The position numbers were made by a program, and so were the translations under genes. Of a stretch of DNA of 64,000 nucleotides, positions 1 to 9,481 are shown piece after piece (position 1 is the first letter of the stretch; each line of letters starts with the position of its first letter). The stretch is from an uncultured Phycisphaerales bacterium (GTDB lineage Bacteria > Planctomycetota > Phycisphaerae > Tepidisphaerales > Tepidisphaeraceae): contig CAVWVQ010000003.1 of the NCBI GenBank assembly GCA_963758525.1, positions 224,001 to 288,000 on the forward strand, in the 5' to 3' direction. A model generated the notes under the pieces. That model was not told the DNA's origin and made no database searches. It was given only the letters and a program-made list of their open reading frames with translations.

Positions 1-521
1 GCGCAATTTGGGTACACAGTAGGCTGGCGGATATCTTCACCGCATTTCCACTGCGTGACGGGGGAGAATGGGGAATCGAGTATACGAAAGGAGATATTCT
101 GTTTGGTTGCAATCCGGGGCCGCATCATGGCGGCGAACCAGGGTGGGCGCAGGCTCTCGACCAATTCACCACGCACGCTTATCACTACGCCAAATTTCAG
201 CCTCCACAAGATCTGCATTATAAGTACCTATCAAATCCATGGGGCGGGGCCCGGCTGTTGTCTCGAAAACCTGCGCCCAAACGGTCGCACTGGGAGATGG
301 CCGGTTTCGTTCTCGAACGCGGTATGACAACGCTGGTGCTAGTTCCAATCTGGTGGCTGGTTGCAATTAGCAGCGTCCCCGGAATCGCCTTGTGTCTGCC
401 GGAATTCCGCGCACATTTGCGAAGTCGCGGCGGCCGCTGCGAAGTCTGCGGATATGACCTGCGAGCCAGTCCCGGACGCTGCCCGGAGTGTGGGAATGAA
501 TCGCGGCCTCTCATCAATTAA
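1..521 (+). CDS. 5'-truncated membrane protein with C-terminal zinc ribbon (CEVCGYDLRASPGRCPECG)
   Basis: Frame is open from position 3 to the TAA at 519-521. A hydrophobic segment precedes a CxxCGYDLR..RCPECG motif typical of Phycisphaerae paralog families. Confidence 0.8.
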   Translation, partial: AIWVHSRLADIFTAFPLRDGGEWGIEYTKGDILFGCNPGPHHGGEPGWAQALDQFTTHAYHYAKFQPPQDLHYKYLSNPWGGARLLSRKPAPKRSHWEMAGFVLERGMTTLVLVPIWWLVAISSVPGIALCLPEFRAHLRSRGGRCEVCGYDLRASPGRCPECGNESRPLIN

Positions 522-564
522 TGGGTGATGGGTGGAAATTGAAACGGGGACGCAGCTAGTTATT

Positions 565-593
565 TTGACACGGGGTGCTCCGGAATTTACCTT
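565..593 (+). promoter_or_regulatory. Putative sigma70 promoter of the RAYT gene (leaderless transcript)
   Basis: TTGACA(565-570)-17 nt-TACCTT(588-593), with ATG at 601. A similar layout precedes the second RAYT (TTGACA at 4057). Confidence 0.5.
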
Positions 594-600
594 TCTCAGC

Positions 601-712
601 ATGCCTCGCCCTCCTCGCGTCGCTCCCGGCGGTCTGGTCTACCATGTGCTCAATCGCGCGGTGGGACGGATGGTGATGTTCCGCCGGGACAGCGACTTTG
701 CCGCCTTCGAGC
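601..712 (+). pseudogene. REP-associated tyrosine transposase (RAYT/Y1) N-terminal fragment
   Basis: MPRPPRVAPGGLVYHVLNRAVGRMVMFRRDSDFAAFE is a RAYT N-terminus. It breaks into tandem repeats before the HUH motif. Confidence 0.8.
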
Positions 713-713
713 G

Positions 714-822
714 GAAAATGCGAAGGGGGTCAGGCCAGCTTCTGGAAAATGCGAAGGGGGTCAAAATGCGAAGGGGGTCAGGCCAGCTTCTGGGTGAGGA
801 AAGGGGTCATCAGCCTTTCCTG
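714..822. repeat. Stuttered direct repeats AAAATGCGAAGGGGGTCA(GGCCAGCTTCTGG) at the RAYT truncation point
   Basis: Three copies of aaaatgcgaagggggtca, two extended by ggccagcttctgg, followed by a related aaaggggtca. Confidence 0.85.
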
Positions 823-893
823 ACGATTGAGCTGATGGTATGCTGGTGAAATGGCCCGTAAACCCCGAAAAAGGCAAATAAAAACGGTGGATG

Positions 894-927
894 TCACCTT
901 AACAGCTTCCTCACCTTAACAGCTTCC
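894..927. repeat. 17-bp tandem duplication TCACCTTAACAGCTTCC x2
   Basis: Exact tandem copies at 894-910 and 911-927. Confidence 0.85.
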
Positions 928-1258
928 TAAAAGTAGGCGCACAACCTGCGAATAGCCATTTTTGACTGGTGCCAGCGCTCATGCTGACGCAAGACTGGCG
1001 GCTGTTTACTGCGGACTGCAGCAGTGAAGCCGGGCGCGAATTGTTCTGCCCCTTTTTTCTGTTCGCACCTGCACGTTTCTAAGTCATCCGCGGCGGGATC
1101 CCACCTACGTCCTGCACCGCAAGACGGATTTCGCTCAAGCGATGTGCACAATCCACTTCGGCTCGTGGCTTGCTCCTCTTTGAAATAGGTGGGGGCTCGT
1201 CATTTTTTAGGTTGAAAGGACACTGGTATGGCAAAAAAGCAAAGAAAGTCGCCGGGAC

Positions 1259-2093
1259 TTAGGCTCTGTCTGACGGATCGAGAACCCTCAGGTATTTCAG
1301 CATGATAGCGAGTTTGGCGAAGCTCAAGAAGTTAAGAGCCAGCTTCTCATAGCGTGTTCCCAGCCGACGACATTCCTTGAGCCATCCGATAGCACACTCG
1401 ATGCGGCTTCGTTTGCGGTAGCTGCTTTTATCGAATCGCTCGCCCTTTGGTCGTGGCTGATTGGATTTGCGCGGGATGACGGCTTCGATCCCGCAATCGG
1501 CCAGGAACTGGCGAACGGTTTCGTAGCTGTACCCTTTGTCGCCCGCGATCTTCCCCGGCCAGCCGATGTGCAGGGGCGCTGCACCGCGTGCATCACCTTG
1601 TGGAGCTGCGTGGATTCGTGCGTTTGCCCCGCGGTAACGGTGACGGCGAGCACAAGGCCCTTTCCGTCAGTAACCACGTGGAACTTTGATCCCCATCCGC
1701 CGCGCGAGCGGCCCAGCGCGTGGTCGGCCGGTTCGAAGTCGAGGCCGCGCCCCCTTTTGCGCGCCCGGCGGCAGCGCGAGAAGCACGCACATTGGAGCCG
1801 TCGACGAGCCAGAGATCCCAATCGATCTTGCCCTCCTTGTTGAGTCGAATCCGCAGTGCTTTGAGGATGCGATCGAAGAAGCCTTCGCGCCGCCAGCGGT
1901 TGAAGCGATCATAGACGCTCTTCCATTTCCCGTAGCGTTCGGGCATGTCTCGCCATGGAGCTCCGGAGCGAAGAATCCAGAGCATCCCATTGAGCGTGAT
2001 GCGGTGGTCGTTCCATCGTCCGCCACGTTTTTGTACGGGGAAAAGTGCCTTGATCAGGTTCCAGTGATCATCCGTGAGTTCGTAGCGCGCCAT
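1259..2093 (-). CDS. IS5-family transposase, split by a frameshift at AAAAGGGGG (~1755) and a second shift near 1575
   Basis: OrfA MARYELTDDHW...ILRSGAPWRDMPERYG; OrfB ALGRSRGGWGSKFH...GDKGY...RLGTRYEK. The stop codon TAA is formed partly by the target site. Confidence 0.85.
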
Positions 2094-2182
2094 CTGTCCT
2101 CCATGTGGAGAACATCATGACGATCATAGAAGAACGCGCAATACCTAACGAGCGCCGAACATTCGATCCGTCAGACAGAGCC
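1262..2182 (-). mobile_element. IS5-family insertion sequence (IS427-like group), 921 bp
   Basis: Perfect 20-bp terminal inverted repeats GGCTCTGTCTGACGGATCGA (1262-1281 / 2163-2182) and TA target duplication (1260-1261 / 2183-2184). Confidence 0.95.
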
Positions 2183-2827
2183 TAGTAAGCAAACAGCTCC
2201 AGCGGAATCTGCGGGCGCCGGCAAGCATGCCGGCTCTTCAGTTGAGGACGCTCGAGCAATCGGCGGTAAGGGCGACTTTGGCGTAAAGGAAGACAATGTG
2301 ACAGGTCGAACCTATACCTCTCTGAATACCAAGCGTTCCGATCCAGGCGGAGCGCCGGCCCGTTCGGGTTCAGATGATTCGCGTACAAGTGGCGTGGGCG
2401 GGAACGAATCGGGCGATGGATCTTCCAGCGGCGGCGACCTCGACACCGACATCATTGGAGTTGGCACTGGTAGCGGAGTTGCCGCCAGTGGCAAGATTCA
2501 TGAGCCGCCGGGTCCGGATGATGCCACTGGCGCCAGCCGCGACTTTGCCTCGGGTCCTCCAGCCAAGGGACAAAACCAGGCGGCGGTACGTCAAACGGTT
2601 CACGGATCAACAGTGCAGCCGGCCGGGAATGAGGCGGCCGCTCCACAAGGTGCGGATGCGGTGGCCAACACTGACGTCGGTGACGACGCCGCTGCCGGCG
2701 AGATCAGCAGCGACGAAGCCAGCGGCCGAAATGATGCTGGGGGATGAACCAGAACCGAGCATGGCCGATCGCCTGAGTTGTCACTCAATAGTCTGCAGCG
2801 CAGTCGCTCTCGACATGGCAGCGCTCG

Positions 2828-2874
2828 CCCCCTCTTCCGGTATGGGAGAGGGGTTAAGGTGAGGGTGATTTCGA
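2828..2874. repeat. CCCTCTCCC..GGGAGAGGG palindromic repeat (one arm)
   Basis: ccccctcttccggtatgggagaggggttaaggtgagggtgatttcga; same family as 4466, 14271, 32086, 34231 and 48467. Confidence 0.7.
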
Positions 2875-3026
2875 ATGGCAACTCGCTCGGGTTTTTCAAA
2901 CGTCCCTCCCTAGACAGCTCCGCCATTGGCCTCTCAAGGACCTGGCCCGGGACTTTCGCCACCAACGTTTTTCCCCTTCCTCGCGTCTTACTATTACCTG
3001 TAGAAGTGCCGTATAAGGAGCGGACC

Positions 3027-3626
3027 ATGGCTCGCCTGAGTTACCTGATCGGAACGACACTTTTGTCATGTGCCCTTTGCGGCTGCTCGCCGTATCTGGG
3101 CGACTATCAATATGTTCCCCACCCTGCACTGGCCGAAGTTCCCCCCTCGCCACCCGACAAAGCCTCGCCGCTATCGGTGTTCGCCTCTGTGATTGGCGTC
3201 TATGCCGGAGATGCCAGACAGGGTATTCCCCAGTCGGTGGAGGTGCGATTTCGGATGGAGAACAACGGGCCGCATTCTGTGTCGTTTGATCCGGCGTCTT
3301 TGCGATTGGACACGGGCGATTTGCAGAGCTTTCAGCCGCCGATCGTTCGTCCCCCGACACCGGTCACCCTGGCGCCCCAGCAGACGATGATTCTCGATGC
3401 GTTTTTTCCCTTCCCTCCGGGCCATTCGTACGACAACACGGACCTGCGCGGGCTTCAGCTTCTCTGGGAGGAACAGATCGATGGCCGGCCCGTGCGGCAG
3501 GCGGTCTCTTTCCGAAGGACTTATCCCTACCGTTATTACTATTCCGCCGATCCCTATTGGGGATATCCCTGGTTCTTCGGCGGCGGCGTTGTTGTCGTCG
3601 GCGGCGGCGGGCATCACTGGCGGTGA
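3027..3626 (+). CDS. Hypothetical lipoprotein
   Basis: RBS AAGGAG; signal peptide with lipobox-like ALCGC; Tyr/Gly-rich C-terminal tail. Confidence 0.75.
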   Translation: MARLSYLIGTTLLSCALCGCSPYLGDYQYVPHPALAEVPPSPPDKASPLSVFASVIGVYAGDARQGIPQSVEVRFRMENNGPHSVSFDPASLRLDTGDLQSFQPPIVRPPTPVTLAPQQTMILDAFFPFPPGHSYDNTDLRGLQLLWEEQIDGRPVRQAVSFRRTYPYRYYYSADPYWGYPWFFGGGVVVVGGGGHHWR

Positions 3627-3953
3627 CACGCGGTGGAAGGCAGCGGGCGCTTTCACCTATTGCTGCTGCGTGACTTCACGGAGTACCCGCTACTGAACCG
3701 CGATCTCCTCAATTGGTAATTCGCGGGGGCGGCTGGCGAGCGACGAGTTTGGCCCCAAAGAGTGCATGTTCGCACGTTCACCCACGCTCTTCAGCCTGAC
3801 TTTCGCACGTGCGAAAGTCAGGTTAGCGCTCGCGTCCCACGTAGAACGCCAGTAATGATTCAACGACAAGAAGGCATAGGAGTGTCAGCGCCAACGTGCG
3901 CCACATTTCCCGACCGGGGCCGGCCGAGGCCAATGCGCCAGGCGAATATGTCA

Positions 3954-4035
3954 CTAGCGTCGGCTTGAGATTGCCGAGCAAACAGCTTCCGCGGCGTACT
4001 CGGCGGCGGAGACGACGTTGATGCCGGAAACTTCT
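3954..4035 (-). pseudogene. Possible C-terminal remnant of a PIN-domain toxin
   Basis: EVSGINVVSAAEYA...stop resembles PIN C-termini (GI.IVSPAEF). It is cut off where the RAYT upstream motif begins. Confidence 0.3.
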
Positions 4036-4091
4036 AACGGGACAGGTCCAATTCTTTTGACACCACCTCGCCGATAGCTTCTGCTTCTTTC

Positions 4092-4440
4092 ATCCCTAGG
4101 CAAGCTCGTAAAGCACCCGGAGGGCTGATCTGCCACGTTTTGAACCGGGCGGCGGGAAAGGAGACCTCTTCCGCCACGAGAAGGACTTTGCAGCGTTCAT
4201 CCGGACGTTGGCCGAGATGTTGGAACGAAACCCGATCCGGCTCTGCGCGTTCTGCGTCATGAGCAACCATCGGCATCTGGTGCTGTGGCCGGAAAATGAC
4301 AGCGATCTTGCCCGGTTCATGCAACGGCTCACCATCACACATGTCCGGCGATGGGTGAAACATCCCATCGGGTGGGATGTGGATCAGTCTATCAGGGCCG
4401 CGACAAGTCTTCCCTGTCCAGGACGATGCGCACTCACCTG
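4092..4440 (+). pseudogene. RAYT/Y1 transposase pseudogene
   Basis: (ATC)PRQARKAPGGLICHVLNRAAG, then after a frameshift LCAFCVMSNHRHLVLWP...LARFMQRLTITHVRRW. Start codon and HUH motif are damaged and the gene is truncated. Confidence 0.85.
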
Positions 4441-4857
4441 CCGAAATATTACATCCTCCGTTCCGCCCCCCCACCTCGATCCTCCCCCCGAGTACGAGGG
4501 GAGGAGTAGGAGGATGAATTCCAGCACCGAATCAGCGGGGACACATAATCTGTCTATTGTCGTAACGCAAGTAATTTTTTGTTATTTACGCACCGCTCGA
4601 ATACGTAAAATTCTGTAAAGTGGTGTAAAGCGAACCGCCGATTCCGAGCGGCAAACAAGGGTTGACCGCCCGGCGGTGACTCGCGTTGGCCCGGATTGTA
4701 AAGCGGCTGTTTTCCCCCCAGCAGCCCGTCGTTAAAGTCGCGCGGCCATTGCTTGGGTCCTCAGGCCGGGCTCATGCTCACCGACAGCTCTTGCGTTATC
4801 ATACATGCAGCATTTTGTCCGCCTCCGTTCTGTCGCAGGATTCGGCAGTGGGTTGAC

Positions 4858-5619
4858 ATGGCAGATCCTCATCGGCAACGGCTCTTTGCAGCGGTTGTGA
4901 TTGTCATCCTCAGCCTCTTGGTCGGGGAAACGTCAGCCGGACCTCCCTTCGTGACTGACGATCCGGACACCACCGATTACAAGCACTGGGAGATTGACGC
5001 CTTCAGCATCTACAGCCATACCGCAGGCGCTGACTTCGCCCAACTGCCCGCCCTCGAAATCGATTACGGCCTGGTTCCCGATGTGCAACTGCACGCCATC
5101 CTTCCGCTCACCTACGATCGGGCGCCCGGCGGCGGCTCACATTACGGCTGCGGGGACATGGAGTTGGGCGTCAAGTATCGGTTCTTTCACGAGACCGGCA
5201 TTCTTCCCGAAATTGGCACATTCCCCCTGGTCGAAGTTCCGACCGGCGATTCGGGGCGCGGCCTGGGCAACGGGCAAACTCAGATCTTCGCGCCCCTCTG
5301 GTTCCAAAAGAGCTTCGGCCAAAAGAAGGATTGGACGACCTTCGGCGGCGGCGGCTTCTGGTACAACCCCGGCGAAGACCACCGCAACTTCTACCGCTTT
5401 GGGTGGGAACTCCAGCACGACTTGAACGAAACTCTCACGCTGGGCTGCGAAATCTACCACGAGACCGAATTCTTCGGCGGCAGCCATGGCCACACCGCGT
5501 TCAATCTTGGCGGCTATCTGAACTTCGACGAGCACCATCACGCGCTCTTCTCGGCCGGCCGTGATATCGATGGGCCCAATCGCTTTTCGTGTTATCTGGC
5601 TTATCAACTGCTGTTCTGA
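4858..5619 (+). CDS. Outer-membrane transporter-like beta-barrel protein (MetA-pathway phenol degradation-like)
   Basis: Signal peptide, GPPFVTDDP motif, GDMELGVKYRF, C-terminal aromatic residue (YQLLF). Confidence 0.75.
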   Translation: MADPHRQRLFAAVVIVILSLLVGETSAGPPFVTDDPDTTDYKHWEIDAFSIYSHTAGADFAQLPALEIDYGLVPDVQLHAILPLTYDRAPGGGSHYGCGDMELGVKYRFFHETGILPEIGTFPLVEVPTGDSGRGLGNGQTQIFAPLWFQKSFGQKKDWTTFGGGGFWYNPGEDHRNFYRFGWELQHDLNETLTLGCEIYHETEFFGGSHGHTAFNLGGYLNFDEHHHALFSAGRDIDGPNRFSCYLAYQLLF

Positions 5620-5623
5620 CGGG

Positions 5624-6040
5624 AACCGCAGATGAACCCAGCGCTGCCTCGCTTCGCTCGGCCGCAACCAAAACGAAGAGCCGCGAAGACGCGAAGACGC
5701 GAAGAGAGACGCGAAGGTAAGAAAATCAAAAATGCGGGATCGAAGCCCAAGGAATTGTGCCTTTGGGTTTCAGGTGCAATTGAATTGTCTTCCTTCGCGT
5801 TTGTCTTCGCGGCTTCGCGTCTTCGCGTCTTCGCGGCTCTTGATCTTTTGGCTGATCGCCTGCCCGGGAAAATTTGCGCAGCGCGCGAAGATCTCAATGG
5901 GTTGTGACACAAATGAACGCAGATTGAATGAAATCACTGAGAAGATCATGGACGTTGCACGCATCGTACGAAGTCTCTTTTCAATCGTTCATCGGCGTTT
6001 ATCAGCGGTTCAATCTCTTTCCCTGCGTTCATCCGCGGTC
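5624..6040. mobile_element. Nested repeat elements: CCGCAGATGAAC-family element with GxxExxY gene remnant, containing a CGCGAAG-family miniature element (5675-5841)
   Basis: Outer inverted arms aaccgcagatgaac / gttcatcggcgtttatcagcggtt; remnant NERRLNEITEKIM-DVARIV; inner arms gaagagccgcgaagacgcgaag / cttcgcgtcttcgcggctctt. Confidence 0.7.
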
Positions 6041-6196
6041 AGCGGCATTCAGGGCATGGCGGGCGGAGGAGCCGGAGTCTTTGAAGCAGTGCCGGGAGGT
6101 GGAAGACTTTCCCGATTGGCGAGGATACAGTTTCTTCGCGATCAAACTCCCCGTGCCGGCGGACGACGCTTCAAGCAGCTTCGGAGGCTTCAAAAC

Positions 6197-7510
6197 ATGT
6201 TCAGACAGATCCTGACCGTTCTGGGTGCGTGCACGGTTCTGCTGGCTGGCTCGCGCCTGGTCGCGGAACCGCCGCCGGTGAAGACCAAGTGGCTTTTGAG
6301 TTTCGATCAGGCGCTGCTGAACGCGAAGAAAACCGGTCGGCCGATCATGGCGTATTTTTCGGGGAGCGATTGGGATCCGTGGACGCAGAAGCTGGACAAG
6401 GACGTGCTCGAGACGGAGATGTTCCGCCATTGGGCGGATGAGAACGTCGTCCTGGTGCGGGTCGATTTCACGAAGGTGAAGAAGCAGAGCAGCTTCATCC
6501 GGTCGCAGAATGAGAAGCTGCGCGTCAAGTACAACATTTCCAAGAGTCCTTCGTTTTCGTTCATCGACCCCAGCGGCCTGCCTTTTGCGCGGGCGGGATA
6601 CGACGACCTTCGGCTGCTCGATGACGAGCGGACCGGCGATCCCCGCAATGCGATCAAGTTTCTCGATCACGTCATCACCACGCGGCCGCCGGATGAAACA
6701 ATCATCACGCAAAAAGATCTGCCCGAGGGGATGGAATACGCGAAGAAGCATTTCATTTCGCTGCTCATTCTCATCAGCCAGGGAAATGCAACCGGGCCGA
6801 TGAAGGTGAAGGCGGATCTGCTGGCGAATCAGCAGTTTGTGCGGTTCGTCAATCGAACGATGGCGTTTGTGAATCTGACCTGGCCCGCGGATTCGGATAC
6901 GTCGCAGTCGGCCAACGAGCTGCGCGCGGTGCTGGCCAAAAATAACGTCACGCCGGCGCCGCTGCAGTTGCTGGTGTGGGATATGCAGTCGGAAAAGATC
7001 AAGGGGCGCATCGCGGCGATCTTTCCGGATAAGGTCGAGCCGCTGATCGCCCAGATTCAAAACCAGCTTCCCCGGCTGGACGTTCCCAGCGGCTGGATTT
7101 CAGACCTGCGGTTGGCGCAGGCGGTGGCCGCTCAGCAAAACCGCTGCATTCTGGTGAACTTCACCAGCATGGATTCGAGCGACTGGTGTCAGAAGATGCA
7201 GTCGGAGATTTTCGACACCGATGAGTTCACCAAGTATGCGCGGAAAAACCTGGTGCTGCTGCGGATCGACTTCCCGACGGCCACGACTCAGCCGGAAACA
7301 CTCAAGGCCCAGAATCAAACGCTGGCGGAGATGTATAATGTTCGCGGTTATCCGACGGTGATCGTGCTCAACCCGCTGGGTCAGAAGATTACCGACGCCA
7401 AGTACGAAAAGGGAGGTCCCGGCCCGTTGCTGGCGCAGATGGACGATGTGATCAAGAAGGACGCCGAAAGGCGTGCGATGCTGGCGAACCAGGACACGAC
7501 CGCCCAATAA
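6197..7510 (+). CDS. Exported multi-domain thioredoxin-fold protein lacking a complete CxxC
   Basis: Signal peptide; Trx-like motifs YFSGSDWDPWTQKL and NFTSMDSSDWCQKM; YNVRGYPTV cis-Pro loop. Confidence 0.8.
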   Translation: MFRQILTVLGACTVLLAGSRLVAEPPPVKTKWLLSFDQALLNAKKTGRPIMAYFSGSDWDPWTQKLDKDVLETEMFRHWADENVVLVRVDFTKVKKQSSFIRSQNEKLRVKYNISKSPSFSFIDPSGLPFARAGYDDLRLLDDERTGDPRNAIKFLDHVITTRPPDETIITQKDLPEGMEYAKKHFISLLILISQGNATGPMKVKADLLANQQFVRFVNRTMAFVNLTWPADSDTSQSANELRAVLAKNNVTPAPLQLLVWDMQSEKIKGRIAAIFPDKVEPLIAQIQNQLPRLDVPSGWISDLRLAQAVAAQQNRCILVNFTSMDSSDWCQKMQSEIFDTDEFTKYARKNLVLLRIDFPTATTQPETLKAQNQTLAEMYNVRGYPTVIVLNPLGQKITDAKYEKGGPGPLLAQMDDVIKKDAERRAMLANQDTTAQ

Positions 7511-7847
7511 CGCAGGGGAGCAAATACGCGCTCCGCTACGCGTCGCGGCTAACCGCAGGATGAAACTCGCTTTAGACTTCGCAGGGCTCTTTGCGGGGAA
7601 TTTCCCCCGACTTCCCCCGCAGTCGCGGCCCGCGCTCATTTTCTTCGATTTCGCAAGCAATTATTTGCTCGCTCGCGTGTACTAGTTACAGCAGAGGGTA
7701 CGCGCCAGCGAAGGAGCCGCGGAAAAAATTTGTTGAAATTTATAAGCCGGACGCGACAATCAGGTAATTATCTAAGGTAGCGGTCGGGGGTATCTGCACA
7801 GATCCTGTTTCGTGCGCGGCGGAACGCGACGTGACGAGGGAGCGGTT

Positions 7848-9434
7848 ATGACATATCGGCTTCGGATTGCATCGGTTCTATGTTTGCTGTTCGCTACGGC
7901 CCTGTCGATTCCGATCGCGGCTTGGGCTGTAGATTCCGATGCCGACGCTCCTGCACTGGGGCATAAGAAACTCAGTCCGGAAGAAGCCCTTCGGATTCGC
8001 ATCCTGGAATCGCAGGCGGGGCTGCGCACGGGCATCGCGAAAGCGCCGCATTCGCAAACCATCGTGGGGCCGAATCTCGAGGATCGGGAGAAGGTGCAGC
8101 AGGCGCTCAACCGCATGAGCTATGGTCCGCGTCCCGGCGAAGTGGACGCGATCATCAACAACGGCGGATGGGAAGCATGGGCCAAGCAACAGCTCAATCC
8201 CGACTCCATCGACGATTCGGCGGTGGATAAGGCAGTCGCCTCGCGCTACCCGTGGACCAAGATGAGCATCAACCAGATCCACGACAACTATTACGAGGAA
8301 AAGGACAATCGCGGGGCGCTCTACAAAGGTCTGCCTGATTCGGTTTTGTATCGGGCCACGTTCAGCAAGCGCGAGTTCAAGGAGATGGTGGTCGATTTCT
8401 GGCGGAACCACTTCGCGATCGATCAGCCGCATGATGGCGATAAGACCCGATCGTGGACGGCGCCCGACTATGAAGAGAATGTGATTCGCAAGTTCGCGTT
8501 CGGCAAATTCAAGCAGATGCTTTTTGCCTCGGCGACCCACCCGGCGATGCTGGAATATCTCGACCAGCAATTGAGCAAGGCCGGGGAATGGAACGAAAAC
8601 TACGCCCGCGAAGTGATGGAACTGCATACGCTGGGCGCGGACCACGGATACACGGATCGGGACGTGCAGGAACTGTCCAAAGTCCTGACGGGGTGGCGCT
8701 ACGACAGCAACTACCATTTTGCGTTTGATGCTTCCTGGCAGCAGCCGGGCAATAAGTACTGGCTGGGGATGGTGATTCCGGCGGGTTATAAGGGCGGAGA
8801 GAAGGCTCTCTACACGCTGGCCACGCATCCGAACACGGCTCAGTTCATCTCCCTCAAGCTCTGCCGGTACTTCGTCAACGACAATCCCCCAGAAGCTCTG
8901 GTCAAGCGGGTGGCGAGCGTGTTTCAGGACAGCGAGGGCGACCTGCCCAAAGTGTATGCCGCGATCATCTTCAGTCCCGAGTTCATGAGCCGTGAGAATT
9001 ATCGCGCCAAGTTCAAGACGCCAATGCAGTTTGCCGTCAGTGCTTTAAGGGCAACCGACGCGCAGGTGGAAGATTTCAGCAGCACGGCAGGCACGGTGAC
9101 GGGAATGGGCGAGGCCATCTATGAATGCGCCGACCCGACCGGCTATCGTGATGTGGCCGAGAGCTGGATGGACGCCGGCGTGCTGACCAAGCGATGGGAC
9201 TACGCCTGGGCGCTGATGCGCGGGAGCGTTGGCGGCGCGTCGGTGCCGCAGTCGTTCCTCGACCGTTACAAGGGCATGAAGCCCGAGGATCTGGAAGCGA
9301 AGCTGATCACGAACATGATCGGCGGCGAGGTTGGGGATCGCGAAATCAAGTCGCTGCAGAGCGCCGCGACGGACAATGACGTGCCGCGAATGGTCAGCAT
9401 CATTCTCGGGTCTCCCTCGTTTCAACAACGATAA
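7848..9434 (+). CDS. DUF1800 family protein
   Basis: LNRMSYGPRPG, FWRNHF, HPAMLEYLD, NENYAREVMELHTLG, GSPSFQQR. Confidence 0.92.
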   Translation: MTYRLRIASVLCLLFATALSIPIAAWAVDSDADAPALGHKKLSPEEALRIRILESQAGLRTGIAKAPHSQTIVGPNLEDREKVQQALNRMSYGPRPGEVDAIINNGGWEAWAKQQLNPDSIDDSAVDKAVASRYPWTKMSINQIHDNYYEEKDNRGALYKGLPDSVLYRATFSKREFKEMVVDFWRNHFAIDQPHDGDKTRSWTAPDYEENVIRKFAFGKFKQMLFASATHPAMLEYLDQQLSKAGEWNENYAREVMELHTLGADHGYTDRDVQELSKVLTGWRYDSNYHFAFDASWQQPGNKYWLGMVIPAGYKGGEKALYTLATHPNTAQFISLKLCRYFVNDNPPEALVKRVASVFQDSEGDLPKVYAAIIFSPEFMSRENYRAKFKTPMQFAVSALRATDAQVEDFSSTAGTVTGMGEAIYECADPTGYRDVAESWMDAGVLTKRWDYAWALMRGSVGGASVPQSFLDRYKGMKPEDLEAKLITNMIGGEVGDREIKSLQSAATDNDVPRMVSIILGSPSFQQR

Positions 9435-9481
9435 CCTTTTCATCAAGCAAGTTTGATTTTCCCGCTATCACAGGAGCCGTT

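Larger units (their letters stand above)
1228..2747 (+). pseudogene. Gly/Ser/Asp/Ala-rich disordered protein (~198 aa) interrupted by IS5
   Basis: RBS GAAAGGA and ATG at 1228 (MAKKQRKSPGL). Removing the IS and one TA joins this in frame to SKQTAPAES... at 2184, open to the TGA at 2747. Confidence 0.8.

Noticed and set aside
714..822. Possible CRISPR or DGR-type repeat pair
   Set aside because: There are no unique spacers, no adenine-specific mismatches and no reverse transcriptase in the window.
5732..6196. N-terminal extension of the thioredoxin ORF (similar extensions at pyrR, pyrC and gpsA)
   Set aside because: They read through repeat DNA; family N-termini and signal peptides indicate the downstream starts.
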